Shown: positions 63,191 through 64,000 of the stretch, piece by piece
Numbering within the stretch: the first letter of the stretch is position 1
How the letters are laid out: each line of letters begins with the position of its first letter
Assembly (NCBI RefSeq): GCF_022484225.1
Contig: NZ_JAKVLT010000001.1
Coordinates: 1,663,406-1,727,405 of the forward strand
Direction: 5' to 3'
From: Pseudoramibacter sp.
GTDB taxonomy: Bacteria; Bacillota; Clostridia; Eubacteriales; Eubacteriaceae
Length of the DNA: 64,000 bases
The notes under the pieces: model-generated
Database searches by the model: none
What the model was told of the DNA's origin: nothing
What the model saw: the letters and a program-made list of their open reading frames with translations, nothing else
Position numbers and translations under genes: made by a program

Positions 63191-64000
63191 TTAATGTTCG
63201 AAGCCTAATACCGTATAATCTTTATCTTCAATGGCTTTCTTAAGCTTTTCATCGTCAATATCCTGGCTTAAAGAGACCACTGCTGTCCCTTTTTCATGAC
63301 TCACTTGAGCATTTTCTACTTCTGGGAATTTTTCTAATGCTTTTTTAACTGTTGCTTCACAATGTTCACACATCATACCTTTAATATTAATCGTTTCTGT
63401 TTTCATATTCTGATCTCCTTCTTTTTGATTTATTTTTTCTTCGAAAAGTTCTTCAGGAAGCGTCACTGCATTCTTAATCCGTTTATCTTTCTTTGAATCT
63501 TTAATTTTAAAGAGATTTAATCTCAGTGCATTCGAGACCACGCAAACACTGGATAAACTCATAGCAGCTGCACCGATCATCGGATTGAGCAGCCAGCCAA
63601 ATGCGTAGTAATATGCCCCTGCTGCCAAAGGAATACAAATGACATTGTAGAAGAATGCCCAGAATAAATTTTCATGTATATTCTTCAATGTTTCCCGGCT
63701 TAAGCGAATTGCCTCTGCCACTTCACGCAAATGGCTCTTCATCAGGACCACATCTGCTGATTCAATGGCAATATCTGTTCCTGCCCCAATGGCAATGCCA
63801 ATATCTGCACGGGTAAGCGCCGGTGCATCATTAATGCCGTCGCCCACCATGGCCACTTTTCCAAAGGTTTTAAGTTTATTAATAATCGCTTCTTTTCCGT
63901 TCGGTGTCACGCCGGCGATCACATGGTCGACACCCGCTTCTTTACCAATTGCCTTTGCTGTCTGTAAATTATCTCCGCTGAGCATAATAACTTGAATGCC
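63191..64000 (-). CDS. heavy-metal translocating P1B-type ATPase, C-terminal part (5' end beyond window), with C-terminal HMA domain
   Basis: It has the hinge motif MVGDGINDAPAL, the last TMs, then a charged linker and MKTETINIKGMMCEHCEATVKKAL (HMA, GMxCxxC). The reading frame stays open to the window end. Confidence 0.85.
   Translation of the reverse strand, partial: GIQVIMLSGDNLQTAKAIGKEAGVDHVIAGVTPNGKEAIINKLKTFGKVAMVGDGINDAPALTRADIGIAIGAGTDIAIESADVVLMKSHLREVAEAIRLSRETLKNIHENLFWAFFYNVICIPLAAGAYYYAFGWLLNPMIGAAAMSLSSVCVVSNALRLNLFKIKDSKKDKRIKNAVTLPEELFEEKINQKEGDQNMKTETINIKGMMCEHCEATVKKALEKFPEVENAQVSHEKGTAVVSLSQDIDDEKLKKAIEDKDYTVLGFEH

Noticed and set aside
1-64000. Window-wide search by eye for CRISPR arrays, IS or transposase genes, integrases, rRNA genes, restriction-modification or known multi-gene defence systems.
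   Set aside because: I noticed no regularly spaced direct repeats, no transposase, integrase or recombinase-like ORFs in the track, and no methyltransferase/endonuclease pairs. The only duplicated element found is the terminator hairpin pair at 61957 and 62788.

Overview
This is a low-GC window with Bacillota-type gene order. I could not place it more precisely from sequence alone, though Erysipelotrichia or Clostridia-like is plausible. It is almost entirely core housekeeping DNA, densely packed and mostly on the minus strand. In order it holds: nadD-yhbY-obg; the rplU-prp-rpmA cluster; pta; dprA; pheST and thrS, each with a T-box leader; infC-rpmI-rplT with an L20-type attenuator; proA; argF; mutS2; rarA; secG; the cggR-gap-pgk-tpiA glycolytic operon; mtaB-rsmE-prmA; trxB; rex; two tRNAs (Pro-CGG, Leu-UAG); and the 3' part of a P1B-type metal ATPase. 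I found no CRISPR array, transposase, integrase, rRNA or obvious prophage or defence island. Nothing here convincingly looks like a complete novel multi-gene system.

The items most worth a second look are:
- an orphan eutS/pduU-like shell protein plus eutP/pduV-like GTPase operon with no other microcompartment genes nearby;
- a PD-(D/E)XK nuclease fused to an XPD/DinG-type Fe-S helicase, translationally coupled to an upstream DUF551-like gene;
- a GC-rich, promoter- and terminator-bounded candidate small RNA between the metal ATPase and tRNA-Leu;
- an in-frame C-terminal HMA domain of the ATPase that has its own strong SD-ATG;
- an AT-rich two-ORF insert bracketed by two near-identical terminator hairpins next to tRNA-Leu;
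- an ACT / UPF0210 / MoxR-AAA+ / VWA four-gene cluster;
- several clean palindromic operator candidates (Rex box, Fur-family box, CggR-like box).

All functional calls come from reading the translated ORFs and motifs by eye. No database searches were run.
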